From Longimicrobiales bacterium (lineage in GTDB: Bacteria > Gemmatimonadota > Gemmatimonadetes > Longimicrobiales > Gaopeijiaceae), in NCBI GenBank assembly GCA_965219445.1, contig CBDCNQ010000003.1:192001-256000 (forward strand): a stretch of 64,000 nucleotides of DNA, given 5' to 3'. This document shows positions 18,296 to 27,790 of the stretch, one piece after another. Both the position numbers and the translations under genes were made by a program. The notes beneath the pieces are model-generated. The model saw only the letters and a list, made by a program, of their open reading frames with translations, did not search any database and was not told where the DNA came from. How positions within the stretch are numbered: position 1 is the stretch's first letter; every line of letters starts with the position of its first letter.

Positions 18296-20719
18296 ATGGC
18301 ACTGATTGGGCAAGATATCTCCCCCGACGATCTCCGCGCGAAGATCACAGGACGAGCGAGATACGCGGAGGACTTCAGGGCCGACGGCATGGTGTTCGCG
18401 AAGTTGCTGTCGAGTCCAATGCCGCATTGCCGTGTCACGCGCATCGACGCAAGCGCGGCCCTCGCCATGGACGGTGTGGTGGGCATTCTCACGGCCGATG
18501 AGGTGCCTCAGTCCGAAATGGGCGAGCAGTGCCTCACTAACGAGCCCCTCTACGAGGGTGAGGCCGTTCTCGCCATAGCGGCCGTCGACGAGACCACGGC
18601 CGCGGATGCGATCGAGCGGGTGAGTGTCGACTTCGAGCCGTTGCCCTTCGTGCTCAATCCATTGGACAGCATGCGGCCCGGCAGCCCCAACGCGCGACTC
18701 GAAGGAAACGTGACGGTTGGGCGAGAAATTACGACGCTCAAGTGGACGGAAGAAGACTTCGCCGCCGCCCCGGAGGGCAGCATGCCGATGCCCGACAACG
18801 TGGTGGGTGCAGACGGCGAGATCACTGAGCGGAAGTCGACCACAGAGTGGATGGTCGGGGACATCGATGCGGGCTTCGCCGAAGCGGACCTGATTCTCGA
18901 CGAGACCATCGTCCACCAGTCAGTCACGCATCACCCGATGGAGCCACGCTCCGCGATGGCGTACTGGCAGAATGGTCGACTCTTCCTCCACACATCCACA
19001 CAGAGCCTGGTACGAACCCGGCAAGCGATCGCCGGTCAGCTCGACCTGGACATCGAAGATGTGGTCATGATCGGTGAGTACTGCGGTGGGGGATTCGGGA
19101 GCAAGATCACCGGCAGCATCATCCAGCAGGTGCCGGCGCTGCTCTCCCGTAAGCTCAACCGTCCGGTCCTGCTCCGGATCACACGCGCCGAGGAGAACTC
19201 CCTCGGACGCGCTCGGCCCGGCATGCAGGCGCGGTTCCGCATCGGCTTCCGGTCCGACGGCCGGATCACCGCACTCGACATGTACGCACTGGGAGACGGT
19301 GGTCCGTTCCGTGGCGGCGACCAGAACTCGGCGGCCAGCACCGCTTCGCTCACGTATACGCCGCTCAACATGCGATACCGCGGCGTGGGGGTCTTCACGA
19401 ACACACCGCCCAAAGCAGCCCAGCGAGGCCCGGGCGGGGCCCAGATCATCGGGATGCTCGAGCCGATTATGGACAAGGCAGCCAGAGAGCTCGGTGTCGA
19501 TCGTCTCGCGCTTCGCCGACTCAACGCCCCGGATCCCGACGTGGAATTCGGACCTAATCGGACCACGCTCAGCAGCGTGTTCGTCAAAGAAGCGATCGAT
19601 CGGGGACGCGAGCTGTTCGGATGGGAGGAGAGAATCGCCCGCAGCGGACAGCTGAACGGCACGAAGAGGACAGGGATCGGCGTCGGGGTGAGCCCGTATA
19701 CGGCGGGAAGCAGCGGGTTCGACGGCCTCTTGGTGATCCGGCCCGACGGCATTGTCCAGATTCACCAGGGCCTCGGAAACCTGGGTACGAACTCGAATTT
19801 CGACACCGCTCGCGCTGCCGCGGACGTTCTGGGCGTCGAGTGGAGTCAAGTCGAGGTCGTCTGGGGCGACACGAGCCGCCACTTGCCCTGGAGTTCCGTC
19901 CAGGCGGGTAGCCAATCGGTCCACGCCCACACGAGGGCGAACCACGCGGTCGGGTTGGACGCCAAGCAGAAGCTGCAGGAGATCGCCGCGAGGGATCTCG
20001 GCGGACGGCCCGAGGACTATGAGACGTCCGGTGGACGTGTCTATCGTAACTCCAATCCGTCGCAGGGAATGACTTTCGCTCGGGCTGCGACCCGGGCGAT
20101 CGAGCTTGGCGGACGCTACAGCGGTGAGGAGCTAAACGAGGATCTCAATGCCATGACCGTCGCGTCCGCTACCGCGTTGGCCGGCCAAGGCCTGGTGGCT
20201 GCGGCGCAGGACCAGTTTGGCGGAGAGGGTAGACAACAATCGTGGGTGGTCGGCTTCGCCGAGGTAGAGTTGGACGTCGAGATCGGCAAGGTCGATGTCG
20301 TCCATTTCACGGCAGTCACGGACTGTGGTGTGGTGGTCCATCCGAGGGGTCTCGCGGGCCAGATTTTCGGCGGCGCCTTTCAGGGAATGGGGATGGCGAT
20401 GAGCCAGAAATGGGTCTTCGACCCAGTGTGGGGTGTGTCGTTCGCAAAACGCCTCTACACTGCTCGACCACCGGGGATGCTCGATGTCCCCACGGACGTG
20501 CAGTGGGCGGCCGTGGAACTCCCCGATCCATGGACCCCGGTCGGGGCGAAAGGGATCGGAGAACCTTGTGTGGGGGCCGGTTCAGCGGCTCTTACGTCGG
20601 CGATCGCCGATGCCCTGGAAGGGGTATGCCTATGCCGGACGCCACTTACACCGGACGTCCTACTTGCAGAAATTGAGGGCCGCGAACCTGCGTACGGCCC
20701 CCTCGACCTTCACGTCTAA
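18296..20719 (+). CDS. Molybdopterin-binding large subunit, xanthine dehydrogenase family
   Basis: KITGRARY, HHPMEPR, STQ, GGGFGSK, AQRGPG, GQIFGG, AKGIGEP. Confidence 0.93.
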   Translation: MALIGQDISPDDLRAKITGRARYAEDFRADGMVFAKLLSSPMPHCRVTRIDASAALAMDGVVGILTADEVPQSEMGEQCLTNEPLYEGEAVLAIAAVDETTAADAIERVSVDFEPLPFVLNPLDSMRPGSPNARLEGNVTVGREITTLKWTEEDFAAAPEGSMPMPDNVVGADGEITERKSTTEWMVGDIDAGFAEADLILDETIVHQSVTHHPMEPRSAMAYWQNGRLFLHTSTQSLVRTRQAIAGQLDLDIEDVVMIGEYCGGGFGSKITGSIIQQVPALLSRKLNRPVLLRITRAEENSLGRARPGMQARFRIGFRSDGRITALDMYALGDGGPFRGGDQNSAASTASLTYTPLNMRYRGVGVFTNTPPKAAQRGPGGAQIIGMLEPIMDKAARELGVDRLALRRLNAPDPDVEFGPNRTTLSSVFVKEAIDRGRELFGWEERIARSGQLNGTKRTGIGVGVSPYTAGSSGFDGLLVIRPDGIVQIHQGLGNLGTNSNFDTARAAADVLGVEWSQVEVVWGDTSRHLPWSSVQAGSQSVHAHTRANHAVGLDAKQKLQEIAARDLGGRPEDYETSGGRVYRNSNPSQGMTFARAATRAIELGGRYSGEELNEDLNAMTVASATALAGQGLVAAAQDQFGGEGRQQSWVVGFAEVELDVEIGKVDVVHFTAVTDCGVVVHPRGLAGQIFGGAFQGMGMAMSQKWVFDPVWGVSFAKRLYTARPPGMLDVPTDVQWAAVELPDPWTPVGAKGIGEPCVGAGSAALTSAIADALEGVCLCRTPLTPDVLLAEIEGREPAYGPLDLHV

Positions 20720-20734
20720 AGGGAGATAGCGAAG

Positions 20735-21736
20735 ATGGCGGTCATCAGAGATATGATCCCGGCGTTCGAGCTCTTCCAGCCGACGAGCGCCGACGATGCG
20801 ATCGAACTGTTGATTCGATACGGTGAGGATGGTTGGGTGCTGGGCGGCGGGCTGGACAGCTTCGATTGGTGGAAGGAGCGGATCAAGCGGCCTACGGCCG
20901 TGGTCGATCTCGCCAACGTCGATGAGCTCAGGGGCGTGCGTAGCACGGCCGATGGAGTGGAAATCGGTGCCATGACTACGCTCACGGAAGTGGCCACGCA
21001 CCCCGAGTTGCTGACGAACTACAGTGTTCTCACGGACGCTGCCTCCCAGATCGCGACGCCCCAGATTCGGAACCGGGGTACGCTCGCGGGCAACCTGGTC
21101 CAGGACACGCGTTGCTGGTACTACCGCGGTGGATGGCCCTGCTACCGGGCCGGCGGTAACACGTGCTATGCCTCGGCGCCCACGGCGATGAATCGAGAGC
21201 ATTGCATCATCGGCGCGAGCCGTTGTGTGGCAGTCAGCCCCTCCGATTCGGCGCCGGCGCTCATCGCGCTCGACGCGCAGTTCGTGATCCAGGGAACGAG
21301 GGGTGAGCGCGTCGTCGATGCCGAGGACTTCTTCATGCCGCCCAGCGTAGATATCGAGCGCATGACCATTCTGAAGCCCGGTGAGCTACTGACGGCGATC
21401 CGTCTCCCATCCACGTGGGCGGGGGCCACGTTCTATTACGAGAAGGTCGAGGACCGGAAGTCGTGGGACTTCGCCCTCATGACGGTGGCATCGGCGATGC
21501 GCATCAGCCGTGGCGTTATCGAAGAGGTGCGTCTCGCGGTCAACGGCGCCGCTCCCTACCCGCTTCGCCTTGAAGACTCCGAAAGGGTCGTCCGTGGCCA
21601 GACTCGTTCCGACCAATTGGGAATGCAGGCCGGCGAGATCGCAGTTCGTGGAGCGCAGCCGCTGCGGCACAACGACTATAAGATCCCCCTGATGCGGAAC
21701 TTGGTCCGTCGGGCCGTCCGCGGTACGGGGGTTTAG
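20735..21736 (+). CDS. FAD-binding medium subunit with 4Fe-4S insert (PaoB/HcrB-like)
   Basis: LGGGLD, IATPQIRNRGTLAGNL, RCWYYR..PC..GGNTC..CVAVSPSD. Confidence 0.92.
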   Translation: MAVIRDMIPAFELFQPTSADDAIELLIRYGEDGWVLGGGLDSFDWWKERIKRPTAVVDLANVDELRGVRSTADGVEIGAMTTLTEVATHPELLTNYSVLTDAASQIATPQIRNRGTLAGNLVQDTRCWYYRGGWPCYRAGGNTCYASAPTAMNREHCIIGASRCVAVSPSDSAPALIALDAQFVIQGTRGERVVDAEDFFMPPSVDIERMTILKPGELLTAIRLPSTWAGATFYYEKVEDRKSWDFALMTVASAMRISRGVIEEVRLAVNGAAPYPLRLEDSERVVRGQTRSDQLGMQAGEIAVRGAQPLRHNDYKIPLMRNLVRRAVRGTGV

Positions 21737-21737
21737 C

Positions 21738-22745
21738 GTGGAACTCTGGAGGCGCGCGGCCAACCCGTGGGGCCAGGAGGTTCTCATTGGAGTCTCCTGG
21801 GACCTCATGTGGGCTGCGGTAATCGTGGGCTTGGGTTTCATCACGGCCCATGCCGTGTGGGCGAAGTGGATTGCGCCCGCTGAGTCGACGGGTACGGGTG
21901 GAGGGTCCAGCACGGCTGGCCTCCCTGCGCAAATTCTTCGGCATGCCATGTCGGAACGCGTGTTCCACTGGGCCATGTCGGTGGCGATGCTCGTGCTCTT
22001 GGTCACCGCGTTCGCCCCGGTCATGGGGATCCAGTTCGCGTGGGTCACGATCCATTGGGTCGCCGGTGTGATCCTCACGGTGATGATCATCTACCACATC
22101 GTCCATGCCGTCTTCTGGCAAGATTTCTGGGCGATGTGGGTGTCCAAAGCCGACATTGAGGCCGGGGTCACCGAGTTGAAACATATCGTCGGTCGGAACG
22201 GGACCGAGGTGCCCAAGGCCCCGAAGTATCCGATCGATCATAAGCTCTTCCACCACGGTGCCGCTGTGTCAGGTCTGGCGGCCATCGTCACCGGCGTCTT
22301 GATGATGCTCCGCCTCGAGACTCCGTTCTGGACCGCGAACCCGTATATGTTCGCAGACAGTTCCTGGGGCGTGATATACGTGGTTCACGGGGTCGGGGGT
22401 GTGGTGCTCATCGGTATGGTCATATCGCACATTTACTTCGCGATACGACCGGACAAGTGGTGGATCACGAAGTCGATGATCTTTGGGTTCATCGGGCCAG
22501 ACAAATACGTGGAGAACTTCGATCCGAGCCGTTGGCCTGTCGCCGGAGCTGAGCCTCAGGAAGAGCTCGTACCAGCCGGCGTGGGCGCTTCGGTCGGTGG
22601 GGACGATGCTGCTGCTGGCGATGTTACGCTGGGTGGTGGTGACGTTGCGATCGGTGGGGGTGATGCTAGCGGTGGTGGTGTCGCTGGGGAGTCCCCCGGT
22701 GACTCGAGCGAGGAGCGGACGTCAGAGTTCGGAGGACAGGGCTGA
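21738..22745 (+). CDS. Cytochrome b subunit (FdnI/formate dehydrogenase gamma-like)
   Basis: ERVFHW, IHW, PKY...KLFH, VH..., HIYFAIRP, SMIFG; acidic Gly-rich tail. Confidence 0.85.
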   Translation: MELWRRAANPWGQEVLIGVSWDLMWAAVIVGLGFITAHAVWAKWIAPAESTGTGGGSSTAGLPAQILRHAMSERVFHWAMSVAMLVLLVTAFAPVMGIQFAWVTIHWVAGVILTVMIIYHIVHAVFWQDFWAMWVSKADIEAGVTELKHIVGRNGTEVPKAPKYPIDHKLFHHGAAVSGLAAIVTGVLMMLRLETPFWTANPYMFADSSWGVIYVVHGVGGVVLIGMVISHIYFAIRPDKWWITKSMIFGFIGPDKYVENFDPSRWPVAGAEPQEELVPAGVGASVGGDDAAAGDVTLGGGDVAIGGGDASGGGVAGESPGDSSEERTSEFGGQG

Positions 22746-22746
22746 G

Positions 22747-23145
22747 GTGACGTCCGACGAGTTGAAGGAACATATCGACACGATCGAGGAGACGTACGAG
22801 TTCTTCCTCGCATATGCGGCTCAGGGAGTGTCTGGATCCGGTACCGAGATCAGTGGTGAGTTGACCCGATATCTGGGCCGGGCCGACCAGGCACTCGCCG
22901 CCTTCGAAGGTGGGATCGGCGAGGCGGCTGAGGGCACCGACGTGGACGCCGTGGCTGCAATGGATCAGGTTCTCCAGCGAGATGCCGGTGACACGCGGGC
23001 CGCCCTCAGACTCGTCATGGCGCAGCCGTCGATCAGTTCGCAGTTGATCGACAACTTGAATGCGTCGATCCACTTCCGGGCGCTTCTGACGGATCTGTTC
23101 CTGGTCGACGAGGCGTTGAAGGCCTCGCTCTCCAGCTCCGGGTGA
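22747..23145 (+). CDS. Hypothetical helical protein, last gene of the molybdoenzyme operon
   Basis: GTG 1 nt after the previous stop; IEETYEFFLAYAAQG and SSQLIDNLNASIHFRALLTDLFL look like conserved blocks. Confidence 0.75.
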   Translation: MTSDELKEHIDTIEETYEFFLAYAAQGVSGSGTEISGELTRYLGRADQALAAFEGGIGEAAEGTDVDAVAAMDQVLQRDAGDTRAALRLVMAQPSISSQLIDNLNASIHFRALLTDLFLVDEALKASLSSSG

Positions 23146-23174
23146 TTCGACTTTCTGCAAGATCCCTGTAGTCG

Positions 23175-23357
23175 CTAACGCTTCTTCCCGAGCTTCTTGA
23201 TCACCTTCTTGAAGTCGGGACCCGGCACCGACCCTACAGGCTGGGACGGCCGCGGTGGCGGGGGTGTCGTAGGCGGCTTTGGCGTGCAGGGCCACTCCGG
23301 AAGCTTGAGCGATGGTTTCTTGTCTCGCGGTGCGCGTCCTCGGCTTTTCTTGGCCAT
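23175..23357 (-). CDS. Small basic proline-rich hypothetical protein
   Basis: GAGGAG RBS upstream; 60 aa MAKKSRG...PPPPRP...FKKVIKKLGKKR. Confidence 0.5.
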   Translation of the reverse strand: MAKKSRGRAPRDKKPSLKLPEWPCTPKPPTTPPPPRPSQPVGSVPGPDFKKVIKKLGKKR

Positions 23358-23598
23358 CAAGGCTCTCCTCTTGGGATGGCATCACATATCCGCATAAGTT
23401 TCTTTAAGTACTACGTTCTTTCGGCCGCCTGAGTGTCATCGGGGTGGCACGCGCCCATCTTCCGAAGGTCTCCGTTGGGCGTCCATCCAATCCATCCAAA
23501 ATCCGCAGGCCCTCCTGCACACCGAGATCTGGGCTTGCGTCGGTAACATCGGGTGAACATGGCCTCTTTCGCGTTTGGCTGCCAACCCATATCATATA

Positions 23599-23614
23599 CC
23601 GAATAAAACCCGAA
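23599..23614. promoter_or_regulatory. Direct repeat CCGAA-N6-CCGAA in AT-rich promoter region
   Basis: ccgaataaaacccgaa, about 60 bp upstream of the radical SAM gene. Confidence 0.35.
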
Positions 23615-23675
23615 AATACACCTTGAGTGAGGAAGAGGGGTGCCGGACGGTGGAAACGAAGAGGCACGAGGCCGA

Positions 23676-24734
23676 ATGACACGACTTCCGACGCTGCGCG
23701 GGCGCGGAGTGACGCCCAACCCATCCAATCGCTTCGAGCGCGTCACGCTCGAGCTCGACCCATTGGCCTTGGTGGAGGACCCTGCCCCGCGAACCCAGTT
23801 CTTCAAAGATTCCTCGAGATCGATCGTGGCTCGCAACGCGAGTCCCGACGTCGGATTCGACGTGAGCATCAACCCGTACAGGGGCTGCGAGCACGGCTGC
23901 GCTTACTGCTACGCCCGTCCCACCCACGAATATCTCGGTCTGTCCGCCGGTCTCGATTTCGAGTCGAAGATCTTCATCAAGCAAGACGCGCCGGAACTCC
24001 TGCGAAACGAACTTTCCTCCCCTCGTTGGCAGCCCAAGCTATTGGCTCTCTCTGGGGTCACGGACCCTTACCAGCCCGTCGAGCGCACGGCCGGAGTCAC
24101 GCGGGGCTGTCTGGAAGTGCTTGCGGAGTTCAGGAATCCGGTGATGGTGATCACGAAGAATTTTCTCGTAACGCGAGATCTCGACCTCCTCTCTGAACTC
24201 GCTTCCCACGAGGCGGTGAAGGTTGCGATCTCAGTGACCACGTTGGTCCCCGCCCTCCAGAGGGCGATGGAGCCACGCACATCGAGTCCAGAGCGCAGGC
24301 TAGAGGCGATCGAGCGGTTGAGCCGAGCCGGGGTGCCGGTCGTGGTCTTCGTAGCACCTCTCATCCCCGGACTCAACGACCACGAGATTCCGTCGATCCT
24401 CGAGGCCGCCGTCGAAAGAGGAGCCAGAGAAGCGAGCTGCGTTCCGCTGCGGCTCCCCTACGGCGTGAAGGATCTGTTCCTGGATTGGCTCGATCGGCAC
24501 GTTCCTGACCGTAAGGCAAAGATCGTGAACCGGATCTTGGCGATGCGAGGTGGCCGGCTGAACGATCCGAGACTCGGGTCACGCATGAAGGGCCAGGGAA
24601 CCATGGCCAAGCAGGTCATGCAGCTCTTCCACGTGGCGCGGAGGCAGGTGGGTCTGGACGGCCCACCTGCGTCGCTGTCCACCGCGGCGTTCCGACGGCC
24701 CGGGGAGGTGATCCAGATGACCTTGGGGATTTGA
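23676..24734 (+). CDS. PA0069/Rv2578c-type radical SAM protein (spore photoproduct lyase-like)
   Basis: RGRG..NP.NRF, INPYRGCEHGCAYCYAR, TDPYQP.E, MEPRT, PLIPGLND. Confidence 0.92.
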   Translation: MTRLPTLRGRGVTPNPSNRFERVTLELDPLALVEDPAPRTQFFKDSSRSIVARNASPDVGFDVSINPYRGCEHGCAYCYARPTHEYLGLSAGLDFESKIFIKQDAPELLRNELSSPRWQPKLLALSGVTDPYQPVERTAGVTRGCLEVLAEFRNPVMVITKNFLVTRDLDLLSELASHEAVKVAISVTTLVPALQRAMEPRTSSPERRLEAIERLSRAGVPVVVFVAPLIPGLNDHEIPSILEAAVERGAREASCVPLRLPYGVKDLFLDWLDRHVPDRKAKIVNRILAMRGGRLNDPRLGSRMKGQGTMAKQVMQLFHVARRQVGLDGPPASLSTAAFRRPGEVIQMTLGI

Positions 24735-24745
24735 CGCCACCCTCC

Positions 24746-27370
24746 TCAGTTCGCTTCGGCTTCCAACCCCGCCTCGAGTGTCTTGTCGATGCGCGCCAGC
24801 GCCTCGAAGAGGTGCGCCTGGGTATATCCGTCCGAAGCCCCTGGCTGAGCTGAATCGATCCCGTCACGGAGTTGGTACAATTCCCAACGTGCGACAGCAC
24901 GAGCATCGGCCGGCGTTCCGTTCTCTGGATTCACAACCAGACTGGCCATGGCGTCCAAGTAGGCCCGCTGAAGGTCCCGACGATCGGCGCTGATCGTCCC
25001 CCGTCCCAATTCGCTCCAAATGGCGGTGGTCAAGGACGCCATTACTTCTGGAATCGTGGCGACCTGCCCCGCGCCGAACTTCGTCTCGGCGTCTCGAATA
25101 CGTGCGAGCCGAGAAGCGTTGAGGACCTGGTCCAAGACCGACGACTGAAGTTCGAGGGTCCGAGCATGGAACGGATAGTCGTAACGGCCGTCGGTCCTGC
25201 GTTCGCTACCCCAGTGCGAGAATCCGTTGACGCCAAAGCTCTGGAGCACCGCAGGATCTATCGCCAGCGCGTCCTCCGCGAAGATACGATCGATGAGTAA
25301 CTCGAGCGCTTCCAACTGCCTGGCCTTGGGTACATTGACGAACGGATCACGCCCATCTCCCACGTGATCGCGGTTCATGTACTGACCACCGATATACTTC
25401 ACCGCCGGGGCAATCGCCCTAGAATACTCATTCATGAGTTGATTGTACGCGTTGGTCACTTCGACGAAGGGGGAGTTTTCCGTGAGCGCGTACTCCGGAA
25501 TCTTCGGCAGGAGGTCTCGGATCAGCGCGGAACGCTCGGCGCCCCACTGCAGAGGGTCGGCGCCCAGATCGTAGGTGTTGATCGTGGGATCCAAGGCGCC
25601 GCTGCCGCCTGCCTCATTGCCGTACATATGTCCGAGCTCGGAGACCGCGCGCGCAATGTCGTTCGCGTCGTCCTGGCGTTGCGTGTACGCATACGAGATC
25701 GCCCAGCGGTCGTACGACCCGGCATTGTACGTGTAGTAGTCGCCCATGCGCTCCCCGGGTGCAGCAAGGTTGACGGTCGGATACTCCATCACGGAGCTGT
25801 ATACACCATTTCTGCCCGTGAACGAGGTGTTGTGGAGTTGGTCTATAGGAGTGCTAGCCGAGGATCGGAAGTTGTGCTGCAGGCCAAGCGTGTGTCCGAC
25901 TTCGTGCATCACGACCCACGTCGTGTACTGCCTGAGAAGTTCATTCGGCAGCGGATCCCCGGGGTCCATCTCGTTCCTCACCGCAAGCACCAAACCCGCT
26001 AGGGTGCCCTGGGCCTCGAGCGCCGACGCGAATCCGGGAAGCTCCAGCCCCGGAACATTCGGGTCGGGGGGCTCGAATTCGCCCACCCCGAGCGCCATCT
26101 CGAAGGCCTCAGCAGCCGTTACTGGATTCACGATATTTCGCCACGTGTTACGGAAGCCCCGAAACATGTTTGCTTCGAACAGAATATCCGCGTCGAGGAT
26201 CTCACCCGTGCGCGGATCGACCTTGGACGGGCCAATCGCCCCATAGCCCGGATCGTCGGAGGTGTTCCAACGGAGGACAGCGTACCGGATATCGTTCGGG
26301 TCCGCGTCCTCTGGCAGATCGAGCGCACGAACCGCGCCCACCCAACCTGCGGCCTCGAACGCGTTGTTCCAGTTCTCCACACCTTCCTTGAACCAGCCCC
26401 TGTACTCATCGGGTACGTTATGATCGATGTAGTACGTAATGGGCTCGACAGGCCGCCGCCGGTTTCCGACGCGTTCGCCGGGCTCCAGTCGCCACCGGTT
26501 CACGTACCGCCGAAAGAAAGTGGAGTCCTCCGCGCTGAAGTCTTTGTGAACCGTCATGAAGTTACCGACGCGGTCGTCGGCGATCCGCCGCTCCATCGGC
26601 CGCTCGGGAAGTTGGGCGAGCGTATAGTGGATGGTGACCGGGATGTATCGCCCATCCGGCACAGATGGGACGGATCTGGGCTGCCCTGAACGAAAAGTCA
26701 GTGCCGCCCTGATATTCGTGTTTTCGGGGAAGCTGGAGACCCCGTCGATGTAACTCCGGCTTCGATCGAAGTTCGTGCTGCCGGACTGACCGTTGGTCCC
26801 ACGAGTGGCTCTCCGGGTCCGCCGGCCTACCCCCGATAGATCGGAGAGGAACCAGCCCGTCACCTCCAATACAAGAGCGGAGTCTGGACGTATAGCCTCG
26901 ACATCGGCGCTCTCGACGACGGAGGATCCGAAGCTGATGGCCACGGCAGCCGCAGCCCGATCGTCCGATGCAGCCCCAAAGCGGTGAGGCCGTTGGACGA
27001 GGAAGACGTTCTCTCCGTGCTTTTCAAACGCCATCAGGTCCATCTCGAACGTGCTCGGCGTCGTACCACCGAACAGCCCAGCCGCACCAATGCCCTGTGC
27101 CACCCGCACGTCCATGAGGAAATCCTGGCCCAATCGATCGGTGGGGACGGCGAGATAGAGACGGCCTTCCTTCATGTAAAGGTCGAAGAAGCCGGGCGAG
27201 ACCTCCGCGCCGTCCACGAGGCGCTCGAAGTCCTCGAAGGGGTTCTCCTCTTGAATCTCCTCCTCCTCGACCACGTCCTGCGCCAGTGCGCTGACTGGCG
27301 AAGCGATCACGAAGGCCGTCAATGCCATCACGAGGGCCAAAACATGGCTCTTCCCTCTTCTGGTCATCAT
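24746..27370 (-). CDS. Secreted zinc-dependent metalloprotease (DUF5117/DUF4953 type)
   Basis: Signal peptide; MERR.ADDRVG.F, RWRLEP, DPRTGEIL, HEVGHTLGLQHNF, SVMEY; AGGAGG RBS. Confidence 0.92.
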   Translation of the reverse strand: MMTRRGKSHVLALVMALTAFVIASPVSALAQDVVEEEEIQEENPFEDFERLVDGAEVSPGFFDLYMKEGRLYLAVPTDRLGQDFLMDVRVAQGIGAAGLFGGTTPSTFEMDLMAFEKHGENVFLVQRPHRFGAASDDRAAAAVAISFGSSVVESADVEAIRPDSALVLEVTGWFLSDLSGVGRRTRRATRGTNGQSGSTNFDRSRSYIDGVSSFPENTNIRAALTFRSGQPRSVPSVPDGRYIPVTIHYTLAQLPERPMERRIADDRVGNFMTVHKDFSAEDSTFFRRYVNRWRLEPGERVGNRRRPVEPITYYIDHNVPDEYRGWFKEGVENWNNAFEAAGWVGAVRALDLPEDADPNDIRYAVLRWNTSDDPGYGAIGPSKVDPRTGEILDADILFEANMFRGFRNTWRNIVNPVTAAEAFEMALGVGEFEPPDPNVPGLELPGFASALEAQGTLAGLVLAVRNEMDPGDPLPNELLRQYTTWVVMHEVGHTLGLQHNFRSSASTPIDQLHNTSFTGRNGVYSSVMEYPTVNLAAPGERMGDYYTYNAGSYDRWAISYAYTQRQDDANDIARAVSELGHMYGNEAGGSGALDPTINTYDLGADPLQWGAERSALIRDLLPKIPEYALTENSPFVEVTNAYNQLMNEYSRAIAPAVKYIGGQYMNRDHVGDGRDPFVNVPKARQLEALELLIDRIFAEDALAIDPAVLQSFGVNGFSHWGSERRTDGRYDYPFHARTLELQSSVLDQVLNASRLARIRDAETKFGAGQVATIPEVMASLTTAIWSELGRGTISADRRDLQRAYLDAMASLVVNPENGTPADARAVARWELYQLRDGIDSAQPGASDGYTQAHLFEALARIDKTLEAGLEAEAN

Positions 27371-27608
27371 CCCCGTCACCTCCTGATTGTTCATGCTGGG
27401 CGATCAGACAAGCTAACCTTGCGCTGGGGCGGCGAAACCGGCAAGCGTGAGTTGCACTACTCGATGCTCTCGTATTCCGAATCCACCCGGTGCCGGTAGA
27501 AAATCCATGCGAACGGAATGAGCAGTGGGATCCGGTACCACCAGACCTTCCCGAGGTCGTCGTCCGACTGGGACCTTGTGTACCGAACGACAAATCTCGG
27601 TGGCTGAC

Positions 27609-27666
27609 GCGGAGACCGGGCCATACGTCAAAGAAAAGCGGAGACTGGGCCATACGTCAAAGAAAA
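27609..27666. repeat. 29-bp tandem duplication
   Basis: GCGGAGACCGGGCCATACGTCAAAGAAAA then GCGGAGACTGGGCCATACGTCAAAGAAAA (1 mismatch). Confidence 0.95.
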
Positions 27667-27790
27667 TACGTGCGGGTCGGAGAACGCCAGTCCGATTGTC
27701 GGCACACCAGACCCAACCGGGACATTGTTGCAGCAGAGAAGCTCGGCTTCTATATCCGAACCTGCATCCTCATTCCCAGGTAGAGAGGCC

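Noticed and set aside
18296..20719. Possible aerobic CO dehydrogenase CoxL
   Set aside because: The loop is AQRGPG, not AYxCSFR or AYxGAGR; a Tat signal is present and no cox accessory genes are seen.
27609..27666. 29-bp repeat as a possible CRISPR array
   Set aside because: Only two adjacent copies, no spacer, no cas genes.
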